In this document: one piece after another, positions 1 through 14,272 of the stretch | Layout: the number at the start of each line of letters is the position of its first letter | Position numbering within the stretch: position 1 is the stretch's first letter | Source: the human T2T-CHM13v2.0 reference genome, Homo sapiens | Reading direction: 5' to 3' (one strand) | Length of the DNA: 64,000 nucleotides | Assembly (NCBI RefSeq): GCF_009914755.1 | Contig: NC_060925.1 | The notes under the pieces: model-generated | Told to the model about the DNA's origin: nothing | What the model saw: only the letters and a program-made list of their open reading frames with translations | The model's database searches: none | Position numbers and translations under genes: made by a program

Positions 1-1109
1 TTTATTAAATTGAAATCATATCAGAGTCCATTCTCTGTGATAATCAGAAAACACCCCAGGGTTTGCACCTGCTGAACTCTAAGCTCTTTGAAGGAGGAGT
101 ATATCTATAGGCATTTAACAAATATGTGTTGAATGAATAAATGAGCTTTCATTTTTCTTCTTAGAACTTGCACTTCTCTGAACCAGCTGTAAAAGAAGTA
201 TTTCTCATATATGTAAAATAATAATAGGTAAATGTCTCTTAAGTATATCCTCAGGGATCATAGAGCTACCAGATGAAAATTGATGTGGCTTATGATTTTA
301 TCATATAGGTGCTATCAACCCCTTAGTTAATTATATTGAGGAACTAAGATGCTCTTAGCACTATGCTAAAATATATGAGGGAGATATAATTCCTGGTTCC
401 TATTATCAAGCTTACCAGGAATATATAATATACCTAAACCAAAGAATAATGTAAAAACTTTATATAACTAAACAGAAGATGGAGAGTGGTATAAACAATA
501 AATATTTTAGGAAGAGATAATGATGGAGAGGAATGGTGAAAAAAAGCTCCAGGAATGTGGCAGACTACAGTTCTCTGCTCCCACCCTTGTCAGAGCGTTA
601 TACAGCCCTTCCCTTGCCTTGCCTCCTCATGGGTGAAGTATGCTTCCACGCTCCAGTGTCAAGCTTGGCCAGGTGACTTGCTCTTGATAATGGAATGTGA
701 GTGGAATGTGTACACTATAAGCAGCCAGAAATTCTAAATGCACATGCTTAGTTCTGTTGGCCTTTGCATTCCTGCCCTCTGTTATAAGAAAAATATGTCC
801 TAGATATACCACAGAAGCTGCCCTTAATGAGCTAGAAATTATCAAATCTACTGAGTCAGAAGGTTAAAAGAGTATGACAGAAAGAAAACATTTTGGACCT
901 GGCCTGAGTAGGTCAGGAGAGCACAGATAAGTTGCATGCTCCAGACTCCAATGTCACTTATTTCTAATGCATAGACATCTTTCCTTCAGCTTAATTCCTC
1001 AGGGGCCCTCTAATCAACCAATGGAGAAAGAAAATCTCAGGCTTGGTTCACGGATTGATTGCCTTGATATGTTGGTACAAGCTGAAGGTAAACGATGTAA
1101 ATGGTCTGG

Positions 1110-1730
1110 AAGGACAGTGAGGAAGTGAAATCCTCCCAATGGGCAGAACTTTGAACAGTATACTCAGTTATTTCTCTCGTATGAAAGGAAAAATGAGATG
1201 CACTAGGGCTCCTGTGCAATGGACAATGGATTAACCGATTGATCAGGGTGCTGGAAAAAGCAAGATTGGCAGATTGGAGACAAGTATAGGGAAGAGGCAT
1301 GTGAATGGACCCATTGGAATGACCACAAAGTGCTTAGATTTGTGTCTCACCTGATGTCCAAGAGGGAGTCATCCACTAACCTGGCAGAGATCCTCTTTCC
1401 TTGACCAGGCTCTTTCCTTGGCCACTACTTTGCTTATGCATGGGTCCATGGTGGCCATGATATCAGTGACAAGTGCTATGCAAAGGCCCAACAGCATGGG
1501 CTTCCTCTTGCTAAAGCTGATCTAGCTTCTGCCACTGTTGAGTGTTCAATGTGCCAGTAGCAGAGACCAATACTGAGCTTTGATATGGTATCATCTCTTG
1601 CAGAGGCTGGCCAGCCACTGTGTGGCTAGTTGAGTGCATCAGATTTCTTCCACCATAGAGGAGGCAGCAATTTGTCCTTACTAAACTGAAACCTATTCTG
1701 GATGCATTTTGCTTTCCTTGCCACAGTGCC
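1110..1730 (+). mobile_element. ERVL (class III ERV) pol remnant: RNase H and integrase zinc-finger/core start
   Basis: Manual translation gives KDSEEVKSSQWAEL*, then NGLTD*SGCWKKQDWQIGDK and RGM*MD (ERVL RNase H-like). GGHDISDKCYAKAQQHGLPLAKADLASATVECSMCQ*QRPILS (~1449-1577) resembles the integrase HHCC region. Many stops and frameshifts. Confidence 0.8.
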
Positions 1731-1837
1731 TCTCCAGGGCTTTACAGAACTCCTGATTTACCAACATGAGGTCCTGCATAGCATCACTGCAGACCAAGGG
1801 AATCTACATTACCACGAACCAGCTGTATGACTGCAGA

Positions 1838-1896
1838 CAAGTTATTCACTCTAAGCCTCAATTACCTCATCTATAAAATGAAGAATTTAATAGTAA
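1838..1896. mobile_element. MIR fragment, cut off by the following LTR
   Basis: caagttattcactctaagcctcaattacctcatctataaaatg resembles the MIR core. Confidence 0.55.
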
Positions 1897-3132
1897 TGTT
1901 ATGGGATCTTTGGGGTTGTCAATATGCTGGCCAGAAACCTCTGTGACCATAACACTGTTGCCCAAGTTTTTGTCCTGCGTCCAGGAAGAATGAGGTACAA
2001 AGACAAGTAAAAGGTGAACAAGATGAAGATGGGCTCCTCTCTGTAGGCAGGTCATCCAGCAAGTGTTCAGGTCTCAGCAGAGGAAGCCCTGGAGAGGATA
2101 GTTCCTCTCTGCAACTGGTCATCCCAATATCTGCAGCCCTCAGCCAAGAAGAGACCCTGGAGAGGGAGAGCATGGTTCCTCTTGCAGGCAGGTCGTCTCT
2201 GCAGCTCTCAGAGAGAGGGTAGCTCCTCTCTGATGCTGGTCATTCCATCATCTCTAGCTATCAGCAGAGAGGGTACTCCTCTCTGCAGCTGGTCATCTTG
2301 TCCTCTCTCTGCCCTCTTCATCCTCTGGCCATCCTCTGCCCTGCTCTGGCTGAGCCCTGGGCTTTTATGGACCTCAGAGGGGAGGAAGTGAATGCCAATT
2401 GGTCCATGGTTGGCCATGGGCTAGCAGAAGAGGATCCATGAGTCCCCACTCCAGTCCAGGGGACTGGCAGCCCAGCCCCCAGCCTTCAGGCCCTCCCTGG
2501 CCTGAAAGTGGAGCCTTACTGGGGACCCATCCACTTCCACCCAGGAATCTGTCTGCCATTCATGCCCCTGGGGCTCGGTCCCAACCCTGCTCTGAGATTG
2601 GAGTTGCTGCCGGTAGAGAAGAGGTGGCACCAGGCAGCAGGAGCAGACATTTCTGAGCCAGCAGGGGAAGGCGGGCCATTCCCGGCCTGATGATGCTGGC
2701 TGCAGAGATACCCAGGTGCTGCACCTGGGGAGCTCCTGCCCCTGCCCTGCCAACTAGGAAGGGGCAGGGCTCCCGCTTGTCCCCAGCTCCTGCCTGCTCC
2801 ATGGAGTGGGAGGGCCAGGTCTGCAGCTGAGGGTCAGGCAATTTCAGCTGCACCCCAGAGGGCAGATCCTGCCTGCTCCCAGCCTGCCCCAAGAGCACAG
2901 GGAGGCTCGGATCCAGAAACCTCTGTATGGGCAGCTGTAGCCCTGCCCAGGAGGGCGTGTCTTCTGCCTGCTCCATAGAGCAAAAGGCCTGGGTCTGCAG
3001 CCTTTTTTTGGGAGGCTGCAGCTGCACCCAGGGAGCTCCTGCCCCAACTCAGAAAAGGCAGGGATTCCGCCAGTTCTATGGAGTGTACAGCCCCTGCTGC
3101 AACCAGTGTGATGACAGCAGCCACTGGCATCA
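1897..3132. mobile_element. Solo ERV1 LTR, MER52-like, with internal tandem repeats
   Basis: TG...CA ends. Perfect 4-bp TSD GTAA (1893-1896 / 3133-3136). Start tgttatgggatctttgggg and GC-rich body match recalled MER52. Repeated ctcctctct...ggtc units at ~2034-2310. Confidence 0.8.
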
Positions 3133-4640
3133 GTAATTTTATTAATTATAATTTATATAAAGACATTAACATAAAAGTCCATAGTGAATTTCAGTTCTAT
3201 TTCCTATCTTCATGGTTTATTTGGTCTCCCCACCATAAGCTGGGGGGGGAAAAAGGGTGGTGGAAAACAGTGCCTGAAACCCAATCAATGTTAGGAGTGT
3301 GGTCTCAGAGACACCTTGAAGTTATGTGAAGACTAATACCAAATACTGCACTGATAACCTGGCATTCTACTGTCAGGGGCTCTCTCCCTTCAGCTTGAGG
3401 CTTATCTAGGAGGAATCCACTTTGCTGCAAATATTTGTTTTAATTATCCTGAACAAAGTTACTACAGAATGTAATATTATGTAATATGATCAAGTAGTTG
3501 TAATCTTTAAGACAGGAAATCAACATGGTGATCTGCTCCATTTTCTCCCTGAGGAGGAAAAAAAATGAGAGAAGCTTCCAAGGAAGGTCAGTTAAAGGAG
3601 ATATGAAAAACCATTTAATTGCACACTTAAAATGGGTGAATTTATGGTATATGAATTATATCTCAATAAAGCTTTTTTAAAAAAAACTATTGAGAAAACC
3701 TGTGAGGGAGAAAAAAAAAGGGAGCTATGAAGACAATGACAGATCTTAAGAAATAATTCTAGATTGCCACTAACCTAACAGCTTTCATGGAAATAAACTG
3801 TATCATTTTCTCTTCTCTCTTCAATTTGGAATGACTGAATAAAAGTCATTTTATTTCCTTGCCTAGCAAACCTATCCACATTGGTAACTCTAACACCCAT
3901 TTTTCATAAATATCCAGTACCTGATTCTTTCAGCTGTCCTCCAGTCATGAACCTGCTCATAAGGGCCAGCTGTTACATTTTCAGGCCTTTTGGTCAGTGT
4001 TTGTTAAACACAGCCATCAGTAAAAATCAAACTAAACTCAAAATTAAGTAAATTAAATTAAATACATAGGTGATAAATACCCCAAAGTTATCCCTTCCCC
4101 TATTACTTTACTACTCTTGTTATTATCTATGCTTTGAAGTGTATTTATATCTATTGAGGTTATTTATGTCTATTGGACAGAAAAAGATCATCCTGTGCAA
4201 GAGTCAGGAATGGCAAGAGAAATAGGAAGAAAGGAGGAGGGCATCTGCCACTGTTAGCTACTAGTATTGTTATCACTGCTGCCATTGTTGCTACCAGTAG
4301 ACACTGAGCCCCACAGTGTATAAGCTATGGCACCCTTAGCAGTTGGCACCCTTCTAAGAGTTCACCCCAAAAGATCTTGCACACCATGGCCCAAGAAAGC
4401 CTGGTCACCAACAAGCTAAGAATTCTACAAGGCTCAGAATTTCCAACAAGCTCAGAATTTCCACAAGGTTCTGCTCTGTAGTTTTGGCATTATCTTTTAT
4501 TTCTCCTTCCAAATATAGCAATAGTGTTTTGCAGCCCCTTAGAATGTGTTGCACTCATCTATTGTAGATGGCAATGGTTTGTCCACCAGCTTGGTTCCCT
4601 CCTCTACTCTAAGAGAGATTGAGCTCCAGTAGAATCTGTC

Positions 4641-7211
4641 TGTATTAGTCTATTCTCACACTGCTATAAAAAAAATACTTGAAACTGGGTAATTTATTAA
4701 AAAAAAAAAGAGGTTTAATTGGCTCATGGTTCCACAGCCTAGACAGGAAGCATGACAGCATTTGCTTCTGGGGAGGCCTCAGGAAGCTTTTACTCATGGT
4801 GGAAGGCAAAGTGGGAGCAGGCATCTTCACATGGCCAGAACAGGGGGAAGAGAGAGAGGAGGCAGGAGCAACACATTTTTATTATAAACAACAAGCTCTC
4901 ATGATAACTCACTCACTATCATGAGAACAGCACTGAAGGGATTAATTTTAGTTCTATTTCCTATCTTCCTGGTTTATTTGGTCTCCCCACCATAAGCTGG
5001 GGGAAAGAAAGTGTGGTGGAAAACAGTGCCTGAAACAAATGGGTGCTAACCCATTTGTGAGAACTCCATTCCCATTATCCAATCACTTCCCAACAGGCCC
5101 CACTTCCAACACTGAGGATTACAATTGAACATGAAATTTGGGTGGGGACACAGATCCAAACCATATCATTCTGCCCCTGGCCCCCGCAAATCTCATGTCC
5201 TTCTCACATTGCAAAATACAATCATGCCTTCGTAACAATCCCCCAAAGTCTTAACTCATTCTAACATTAATTTGAAAGTCCAAAGTTCAAAGTTTCATCT
5301 GAGACAAGGCAAGTCCCTTCTGCCTATGAGCCTGTAAAATGAAAAATAAGTTAGTTACTCCCAAGATTCAATAGGAGCACAAGTATTAGGTAAATACTCT
5401 TATTCCAAAAGGGAGAAATTGCCCAAAAGAAAGGGGCCACAGGCCCCGTGCAAGTCTGAAACCTAGAAGGGTAGTCATTAAATCTTAAAGCTCCAAAAAT
5501 AACCTCTTTTGACTCCATGTCTCACATCCAGAGAACATCGGTGTGAGGGGTGGGCTCCTAAAGCCTTTAGGCAGCTCCACCCATGTAACTTTGCAAGGTT
5601 TGGCCCACACAGCTGCTCTCATGGGCTGGTGTTGAGTGCCTACAGCTTTTCCAGGCACAGGGTGCAAGCTGTTGATAGATCTACCATTCTGGGATCTGGA
5701 GGACAGTGGTCCTCTTCTCACAAATACATTAGGCAGTGCTCCAGTGGGGACTCTGTGTGGGGGCTCCAATCCCAGATTTCCCTTCTGCACTGCCCTAGTA
5801 GAAGTTCTCCATGAGGGCTCTGCCACTGCAGCAAGCTTCTGTCTAGACATCCAGGCTTTTCATCCTCTGAAATCTAGGCAGAAGCTTGCAAGCCTCAACT
5901 CTTACACTGTACACACCCACAGGCTTAACACCATGTGGAAGCTGCCAAGGCTTATGGCTTATATCCTCTGAAGCAGCAGCCTGAGCTGCTGGGCTCCTTT
6001 TATCCATAGCTGGAGCTGGAACTGCCTGGATACAGACAGCAGTGTCCCGAGGCTATGCAGAGCACTGGCGCCCTGGGCCTGGCCCCAGAAACCATTCTTC
6101 CTCCTAGGCCTCAGGCCTAAGATGGGAGGGGCTGCCACAAAGTTCTCTGAAATGCCTTGGAGGCCTTTCCCATTGTCTTGAATATTAGCACTTAGCTGTT
6201 TTTTCCTTATGAAAATTTCTATAGCTGGTTGAATTCCTCCCCCAGAAAATGGGCTTTTCTTTTCTACCACAAGATCAGGCTGCAAATTTTCCAAACTTTT
6301 ACACATTGCTTCCCTTTTAAATATAAGTTCCAGTTTCAGATCATTTCTTTGCTCATGCATATGAACCTATATTGTTAAAAGCAGCCAGGCCACATCTTGA
6401 ATGCTTTGCTGCTTAGAAATTTTTTCTACCAGATACCCTAAATCATCACTCTCAAGTTCAAAGTTCCACAGATCCCCAGGGCAGGGACACAATGCCTCCA
6501 AGTTCTTTGCTAAAGCATAACAAATATGACCTTTACTCCAGTTCCCAATAAGTTTCTCATCTCCCATCTGAGACCTCATCAGCCTGGACTTTGTTATCCA
6601 TATCACTATCAGCATTTTGGTCACAACAATTTGCCAAGTCTCTAGGAAGTTCCAAACTTTCCCTCATCTTGCTGTCTTCTTCTAAGCCTGTCACACTCTT
6701 CCAACCTCTGCCCCTTACCCAGTTCCAAAGTCACTTCCACATTTTCAAGTATCTTTACAGCAATGCCCCACTCCTCAGTACCAATTTTCTGTATTAGTCC
6801 ATTCTAGCGCTCTTGTAAAGAACTACCTGAGACTGGATAATTTATAAAGAAAAGAGGTTTTATTGGCTCACAGTTCTGCAGCCTGTACAGAAAACATGGC
6901 AGCATCTGCTCCTGGGGAGGCCTCAGGAAACTTGTACTCAGGGCAGAAGGCAAAGTGGGAGCAGACATCTTCATATGGCTGGAAGCAGGAGGAAGAGAGA
7001 CAAGAGGGAGGTGCTACACACTTTTAAACAACCAGATCTCATGAGAACTCACTCACTCACTATCATAAAAACACCACCAAGGAGATGGTGCTAAACCATT
7101 CATGAGAACCCTATCCCCATGATCCAGTCACCTCCCACCAGACACCACCTCCAACACGGGATTACAATCAAACACGAGATTTGGGTGGGGACACAGGTCC
7201 AAACAGTATCA
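4641..7211 (-). mobile_element. Full-length MaLR provirus (MST family): LTR 4641-5168, internal 5169-6789, LTR 6790-7211
   Basis: Two similar LTRs (tgtattagtc...tatca) flank a MaLR internal sequence. 5-bp TSD ctgtc/ctatc (4636-4640 / 7212-7216). Confidence 0.88.
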
Positions 7212-9102
7212 CTATCCAACTTGCATTTTTTTCTTTTACTAATCTAATAATTCTAATGGATATAATAGATCACAGGTTATGATATCATTGCTTGGCTATT
7301 TTTGTTAGTTAACAATAAATATCTTTAAGCTTTTATCATATTGTAAACCTTCTGAAGTTTCCATAAATTATAAACGTAATTATCACACCAAATGGCCTCT
7401 TTCCCTCAGGTTCTCTTGAAACATCCTTTTGGTCTCACCTATATTACTTCTCCCTTCAGGATCCTCTAACCTTCGAAACTTTTTGTAAATCGAAAGGCCT
7501 TTGAAGAATAATATGAGGCATATTCATTAACTCCTTATCTTCTTTCTACTTATTTCAACTCTGTACCCACCTCCTGCTCCAGGAAGCCTCCCCTAATCGC
7601 TTCAGCTCTGTCTTGAGCCACCTGTGGGAAATGGAGTGAAGTGGTTAAAGGAAACGGTTTGGTCTTTGGTTTGTTTAGGGCTCATACACCAGGCATGGAG
7701 ACTTCTCTTCTGTGGGAGGGACATCTTTCTTCTTGATGGGTATGGAGTTGAATAGGTAATTACTTTTAAGGACAAGTTCACCAATTTCCATAATCAATAT
7801 GTGTCTAAAAAGATAAAAGCAGCAAAAATCGGGAATAAATATATAAAATAGTTTTAAATTTTTAAATGTATGAAGTGAATATATATTCCATTAAGGTAGT
7901 CCATTGTTAAGTGTTTTTAATGACCACAGTATCTTTGTCCCATCTCTGTCTTCTTTTTTTATTTTTCCACCGTGTGTCCATTGTGTTCCAGATACTACGG
8001 GAGGCACTTGGCACAGATTGGCTGATTTACTTCTAACCAAAGGGGGAAGTGAGGCCACAAAGGTGGGGGTAATTTCCCCAAGGCCAAAAAAGCTCAGCAG
8101 TAACAAAGTTGGTATTAGACCCTTGATGTGTCTCATTCCAAAACCCAGGATTTTGTAATAGTATTAATATGCATTTTTACTAATACGATTCTTATTACTT
8201 CTAATAATCCCACCTGATTCTTCAACATCCTCACAGTGTTTTTTTTCTAGGGGTGCTACAAAGAACAAGTAGGAAGTGAATTTCTTCAGAGGATGCTTCC
8301 TAGCTTATTATTGTGAATTTTACCTCAGTATCTATTTCTTGGGGTAATTTAGATACGCCCTCCTCCCCTCCCGTCCCGGCTTGGTTCAGAGCTCCTGCCC
8401 TACCCAAAATGGACAGCAGGGGCAGGGCGCTCAGCCTTCAGCCCTCCCTCACTCTGCAGCATGTGTGGTTTTAGGGTTTGATGCTACCCTTTTTTAGGTT
8501 TCCAAAGCACCTTTCTCAAAAGGAAAGTTTAAGGAGAAGGAGAGAGGGGGAAGAAGTAGAAAAGATTGAAGAGACGCTCCAGAGAGAACGTGCCATCGTC
8601 ACTCAGGCTTGCTGTGGGGAGCACGTTAATAGCACGAATGAAAAACAACAGTGTGGCTAAAGGGGTAGTGGTATTGTGCGGTGCCACGGGGACGCCTCTA
8701 TTTTCCACATCTGCCTTTTAATATTTGATGTTATCATGAGAAGGGCGCTTCCTCTACATAAACCTCAGTCTTCTCATCTGTAAAACAGTAGAAATAATAC
8801 CTGCCCTGCCAATTTCATGGGAGTATTGCAAGGATCAAATAAAACAATGAGAGTGAACATAACCTGAAGTGTCAAATCTTGTGTAGGTCTGGACTACTGC
8901 TATCAATGTGGAGAGTGGGGTGGCATGGAGGGGAGATAAGGAAGGTAATAGCCAACATATACTGAGTGCTGACCTTGTGCCAGGCCATGTTTCAAGAGCT
9001 CCATGTGTACTGAGAAACCTAAGACGGTAACACAAGGGTCACAGACAAGAACTATGAACCATCTGCCTTGCTGAGCCACCCAGATGGAAGCAGTGACCGA
9101 CA

Positions 9103-9405
9103 TTTTTTTTTTTTTTTTTTTTGAGACGGAGTTTTGCTTTTGTTGCCCAGGCTGGAGTGCAATGGCGCGATCTTGGCTCATCAGCAACCTCCGCCTCCCG
9201 GATTCAAGCGATTCTCCTGCCTCAGCCTTCCCGAGTAGCTGGGATTACAGGCATGCACCGCCACGCCCGACTAATTTGGATTTTTAGTAGAGACTAGGTT
9301 TCTCCATATTGGTCAGGCCAATCTCAAACTCCCGACCTCAGGTAATCCACCCGCCTTGGCCTCCCAAAGTGCTGGGTTTACAGGCGTGAACCACCAGGGC
9401 CGGCT
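9103..9405 (-). mobile_element. Alu (S subfamily)
   Basis: Poly-T followed by the Alu reverse complement. TSD gtgaccracattttt. Confidence 0.95.
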
Positions 9406-10125
9406 GTGACCAACATTTTTAATAAAAGAAAAAGAAAAAATAACTGTCTTTGGAGATGAATAAACTCAGTCCTGCCACTAACTGCATCAATCTATTACTA
9501 CATAATATTTCTAAGTTTTGCTTTTCTTTCAGTAAAATGGAAATAACAATACCCACTGTGATGCAAAAATTATATGAGATAATGCAGTTCCTTCCTCATT
9601 TTTTCCCATATTCTTTTTGCTCTGGTAGTTTCTTACCATTGATAGAGCAGAAAACACAGTTCCAAATTTGTGAGGGTGGAGGCTCCAGCCCCTACAACCT
9701 CATTCTATGGAGGACCATGTCCAGCCACAGAGCCACAATCCCGTGAGGTCTAACAGTTAGGACCAGTTCCACAGCATGCTCATTTCCCTGCCTACATGGA
9801 TTTCTGAGCACGATAATACATTGCACACACCTCAAAACAAAAACTCCTTAATCAAGAAAATGTTTTAAAGGAAAAATGAATGGCGGGGGAGACTCTGTAT
9901 TCTCATACTGAGCACCCTTCACAATTGTCTGGAAATCTTGGTTTCAAATAAGCTGCCTTACTAGTTATCCATCCTCAACTTCGAATGTGTCAAATTGAGT
10001 GTTCTCATTCTGGGGTTAAAAATAAGGTCACTACTTTTTATAATTAGAAATCTCTTCTTTTAAAAAAATTCTAACTTATTAAGTAGAAATTACTTTTAGA
10101 TTAATTTGGTCTACATTACTGTTAA

Positions 10126-10492
<367 letters not shown>

Positions 10493-10883
10493 TGCATGCC
10501 CTTTCAATGTGAGACTGAAGCTTTGTTTAACAGGCTCACCCCAAAATTACTTGATTCTCTAGTAGACATACCTTTGTTTGACTTGCTATTTATTATTGAT
10601 TGGGGCCCAGATACTGTGAGGTTAGATGATAACTTGCAGATTTTCATTAGGTAGCAATGCAAACAATTCCTATACTATAGAAAGGAGAACCACAAAATTA
10701 TGGTTTTATTGGCCAGTATGATAGTAACCCAGGTTTGCGTATAACCTGGCATTCAACATTCTTTCCTCAGTGCCTAAAACTTCTTCAAATGATCTTGACA
10801 CCAGTTTTACCATCTTGCTGATCCCCTTATTAACAAGCTTAATAAACCTTTGATGTATGTTCATTCTATTTTTGTATGAGTAT

Positions 10884-11184
10884 TTTGTTTTGTTTTGTTT
10901 TGAGACAGAGTCTTGCTCTGTGGCCCAGGCTAGAGTGCAGTGGCACAATCTTGGCTCACTGCAACCTTAGCCTCCCAGGCTCAAGCAATTCTGCCTCAGC
11001 CTCCCGAGTGAGTAGCTGGAACTACAGACATGCACCACCATGCCTGGCTAATTTTTGTATTTTTAGTAGAGATAGGGTTCCATCATGTTGGCCAGGCTGG
11101 TCTTGAACTCCTGGCCTCAAGTGATCCACCTGTCTTGGCCTCCCAAAGTGCTGGGATTACAGGCGTGAGCCACTGCACCCAGCC
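10884..11184 (-). mobile_element. Alu
   Basis: Alu reverse complement with (TTTTG)n tail. Flanking direct repeat gtatgagtat. Confidence 0.93.
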
Positions 11185-11539
11185 AAGTATGAGTATATTT
11201 TTCATTTTTAAAGAATTATTCTTTGACATTCCTTTCCCTCCCCTATTTTCCACCACTGCATCAGTGAATGATAGGATAATAAAATTCCTGATTGTATATC
11301 ACAGACCAGAAGTGGCTGCAATAAACAAACAGTCTGATTCTGTAACCACTGCCAGAAAAAATAATTAGCTATTCTGTACTAAAATGAAATGTATTATCTT
11401 TAAGACAATCTCCATAATCTAATATGTATACATCAAATAACTACTTTCTGAAGGTCATCTCATCCTGTTCCTGAAGGTATATTTTGCAGATTTACATTCT
11501 AGTATAAACACCAGGAGGCAGAGTTACTCATGATTTCTT

Positions 11540-12625
11540 CATCTATTGAGCATTAATTTCTTGTGGGCATCCTATTTGCCACGGACTGCTCTGGCTGCCA
11601 GGGTTGCAGCAATTAACACAGTAGACCAAGTCCTTCTACTCATGGAGCTTACATTCCAGTCAGGAAAAAGATAATAAATAAACAAGTAAACATAAAGGAT
11701 CTCAGATGGTGTTAAGTACAATGGAGAAAATGAAGTGGAATGTAGGAGATAGAGAATGTGGGGCATGGGAAAGCAACTACTTTATAAAGAGGAATCACAG
11801 AGGGCCTTAGCTGGATGGGGACATTGGAACGGAGAAGGTGAGAGTGTTCCAAGGGAAAGGAACAGCAAGTGCCAAGGCTCAGAGGAAGAAGGGATGGAAG
11901 GCCTTAGTAGACACAGTAATAGCTATGAATCCTACTATGCTGATTAGAGGGATTTGAGCAGAGGAAGGACCTCGCCTTTTTAAAACAGTCTGCCTACTGT
12001 GTTGAGAACAGGCTGTAGGGGAGAAAGGTAGAAGCCAAGTGACCAGCTATGAGGTCATTGTCAGTGGCCTAGTGAGAAGTGATGGCAATTTACTCAAGGA
12101 TGGGGATGGTAGGGGAGGACAGACTATGCATGTATTTTGAAGACAAAGCCTACAGAATTCCTAATGGCTGAAAGGAAAAAGAAAGGAATTAAGAATAACA
12201 GCCAGATCGATTGAAATTATGGAGCTGTCACTTAATAGAATGGGAAGACTATAGGAGAATAACTTGGGAGTAGTGTCAGGATTTCATGTTTGGACAGATT
12301 TAATTTGACATACCTATTAGACATTCAAATAGAAATTTCTGGCAGGCAGTTGGATATATGAGTCTGCAGTTCAGAGGAGAGGTCCAAGCTGGAACATCAA
12401 TCAATGTGGGTCTTCTTTCAAATGTGAGTATGTAAAGCCAGGAGAACAGATGAAATAAGGAAATGAGTATAGAAACAGAAGTCTAAGAAATGAGCCCTGA
12501 GGCATTCAAATGGTCAGCTATGTGGGAAATGAGGACAACAAAGAAAGCTAAGAAGAAGCAACAAGAGAAAAACAATAGCAGTGATATCCTGGAAGCCAAG
12601 TAAAGACAAGGTTTCAAAAAGTAAG
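11540..12625 (-). mobile_element. L2 LINE 3' portion (continues in fragments to ~14325)
   Basis: Motifs such as catggagcttacattccag and agttggatatatgagtctg resemble L2. Boundaries approximate. Confidence 0.65.
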
Positions 12626-12629
12626 TCAT

Positions 12630-13150
12630 GATACAGGTACTCAAATAGATACTTGTATTCCAACCTTCATAGCAGCATTATTCACAATAGCCAAAAAGTG
12701 GAAACAACTCAAATGTCCATCAACAGATGAATGGATAAACAAAATGCAGAATATACATACAATGGAACATTATGCAGCCTTAAAAAGGAAGGAAATTCTG
12801 ACACATGCTTCAACATGGATGAAACTCAAAGGCACTATGTTAAGTGAAATAAGCTAAACACAAAATGACAAATATTGTATGACTCTATGTATATGACGTA
12901 CTAGAATAGGCAAATTTATAGAGATAGAACTTATAATGGTGTTGCCTGGGGATGGGGAATGGAGGAATAGAAGTTATTGTTTAATGGATAGAGTTTGATG
13001 TGATAAAAAAAAAAAGTCCTGGAAATGGACAGTGGCAATGAGTACACTAAATGTAAATGTACTTAATGCTACTGAATTGTACACTTAAAAATAATTTAAG
13101 TGGTCAATTTTGTGTTATTTGTGTGTATATTTTACCATAATTAAAATAAA
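12630..13150 (+). mobile_element. L1M 3' end
   Basis: ttcatagcagcattattcacaatagccaaaaagtggaaacaac...gaattgtacacttaaaa is typical of an L1M 3' end. Confidence 0.85.
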
Positions 13151-13219
13151 TATATACACATATTTATATATAGGCATGCCATGATCAACTTTATCAAATG
13201 CTGTTGTGAGTCAAGCATA

Positions 13220-13706
13220 TCAGTTGTTTATTGCTGCATTAAAAAGCACCCCAAAATCTAGCGACTTAAAGCAACCATTTTATTACTCATGATTCTGGGG
13301 GTCAGCAATTCAGATTGGGCTCAGCTATGTGGTACACCTGCTAGTCTTGCTTGGGATCACTTACACAGCTGCAGTCAGACACCAGGTTGGCTGGAAGCTG
13401 GTTATTTCCTGATAGCCTTGTTCACAGGCCTGGTGGTTAATGTGGGCAGCTGCACCTTGACTCTCCTCCACATGACCTCTCCAGCAGGTTAGCCCAGACT
13501 TCTTTTTTGGCAACTGGGCTCCAAGAGAGCAAGAACCAATGCTCAAGTGCTTGTCAAGCCTCTGCTTGCTTCAGACTTGCTGATGTCCCATTGGTCAAAG
13601 CAAGTCCCATGGCCAAGTACAGAATTAATGAGAGAAGAAAGCACACAATGCATGGATCCTGAGACGTATGAATCTTTGGGGTCCAGCCATGTAACCATCT
13701 ACCACA
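13220..13706. mobile_element. Old MaLR (MLT1) LTR
   Basis: tcagttgtttattgctgc...accatctaccaca resembles MLT1. Confidence 0.6.
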
Positions 13707-13878
13707 GTCAAGTAAGGTGGAGATTAAGAATTGGTCATTCCGTTTAGCAACATGGACTTTCCTGATGACCTTGACAAGTTCTGCTGCAGAAAAGCATTGG
13801 AAGACAAAACATGATTAGAGAATGTTCAAGGGAAAGATGGGAGAGAGGCACAGTAGACAGTAAGAACAAAGGGATTTT

Positions 13879-14272
<394 letters not shown>

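Noticed and set aside
2034-2310. Repeat-spacer-like array (ctcctctct...ggtc units), superficially CRISPR-like
   Set aside because: Degenerate tandem units inside a TSD-bounded MER52-like LTR. The spacers are not unique, there are no cas genes, and the DNA is eukaryotic.
5485-6797. Cluster of 68-133 aa ORFs (similar cluster at 15770-17555)
   Set aside because: Decayed MaLR internal sequence; chance or fragmentary frames.
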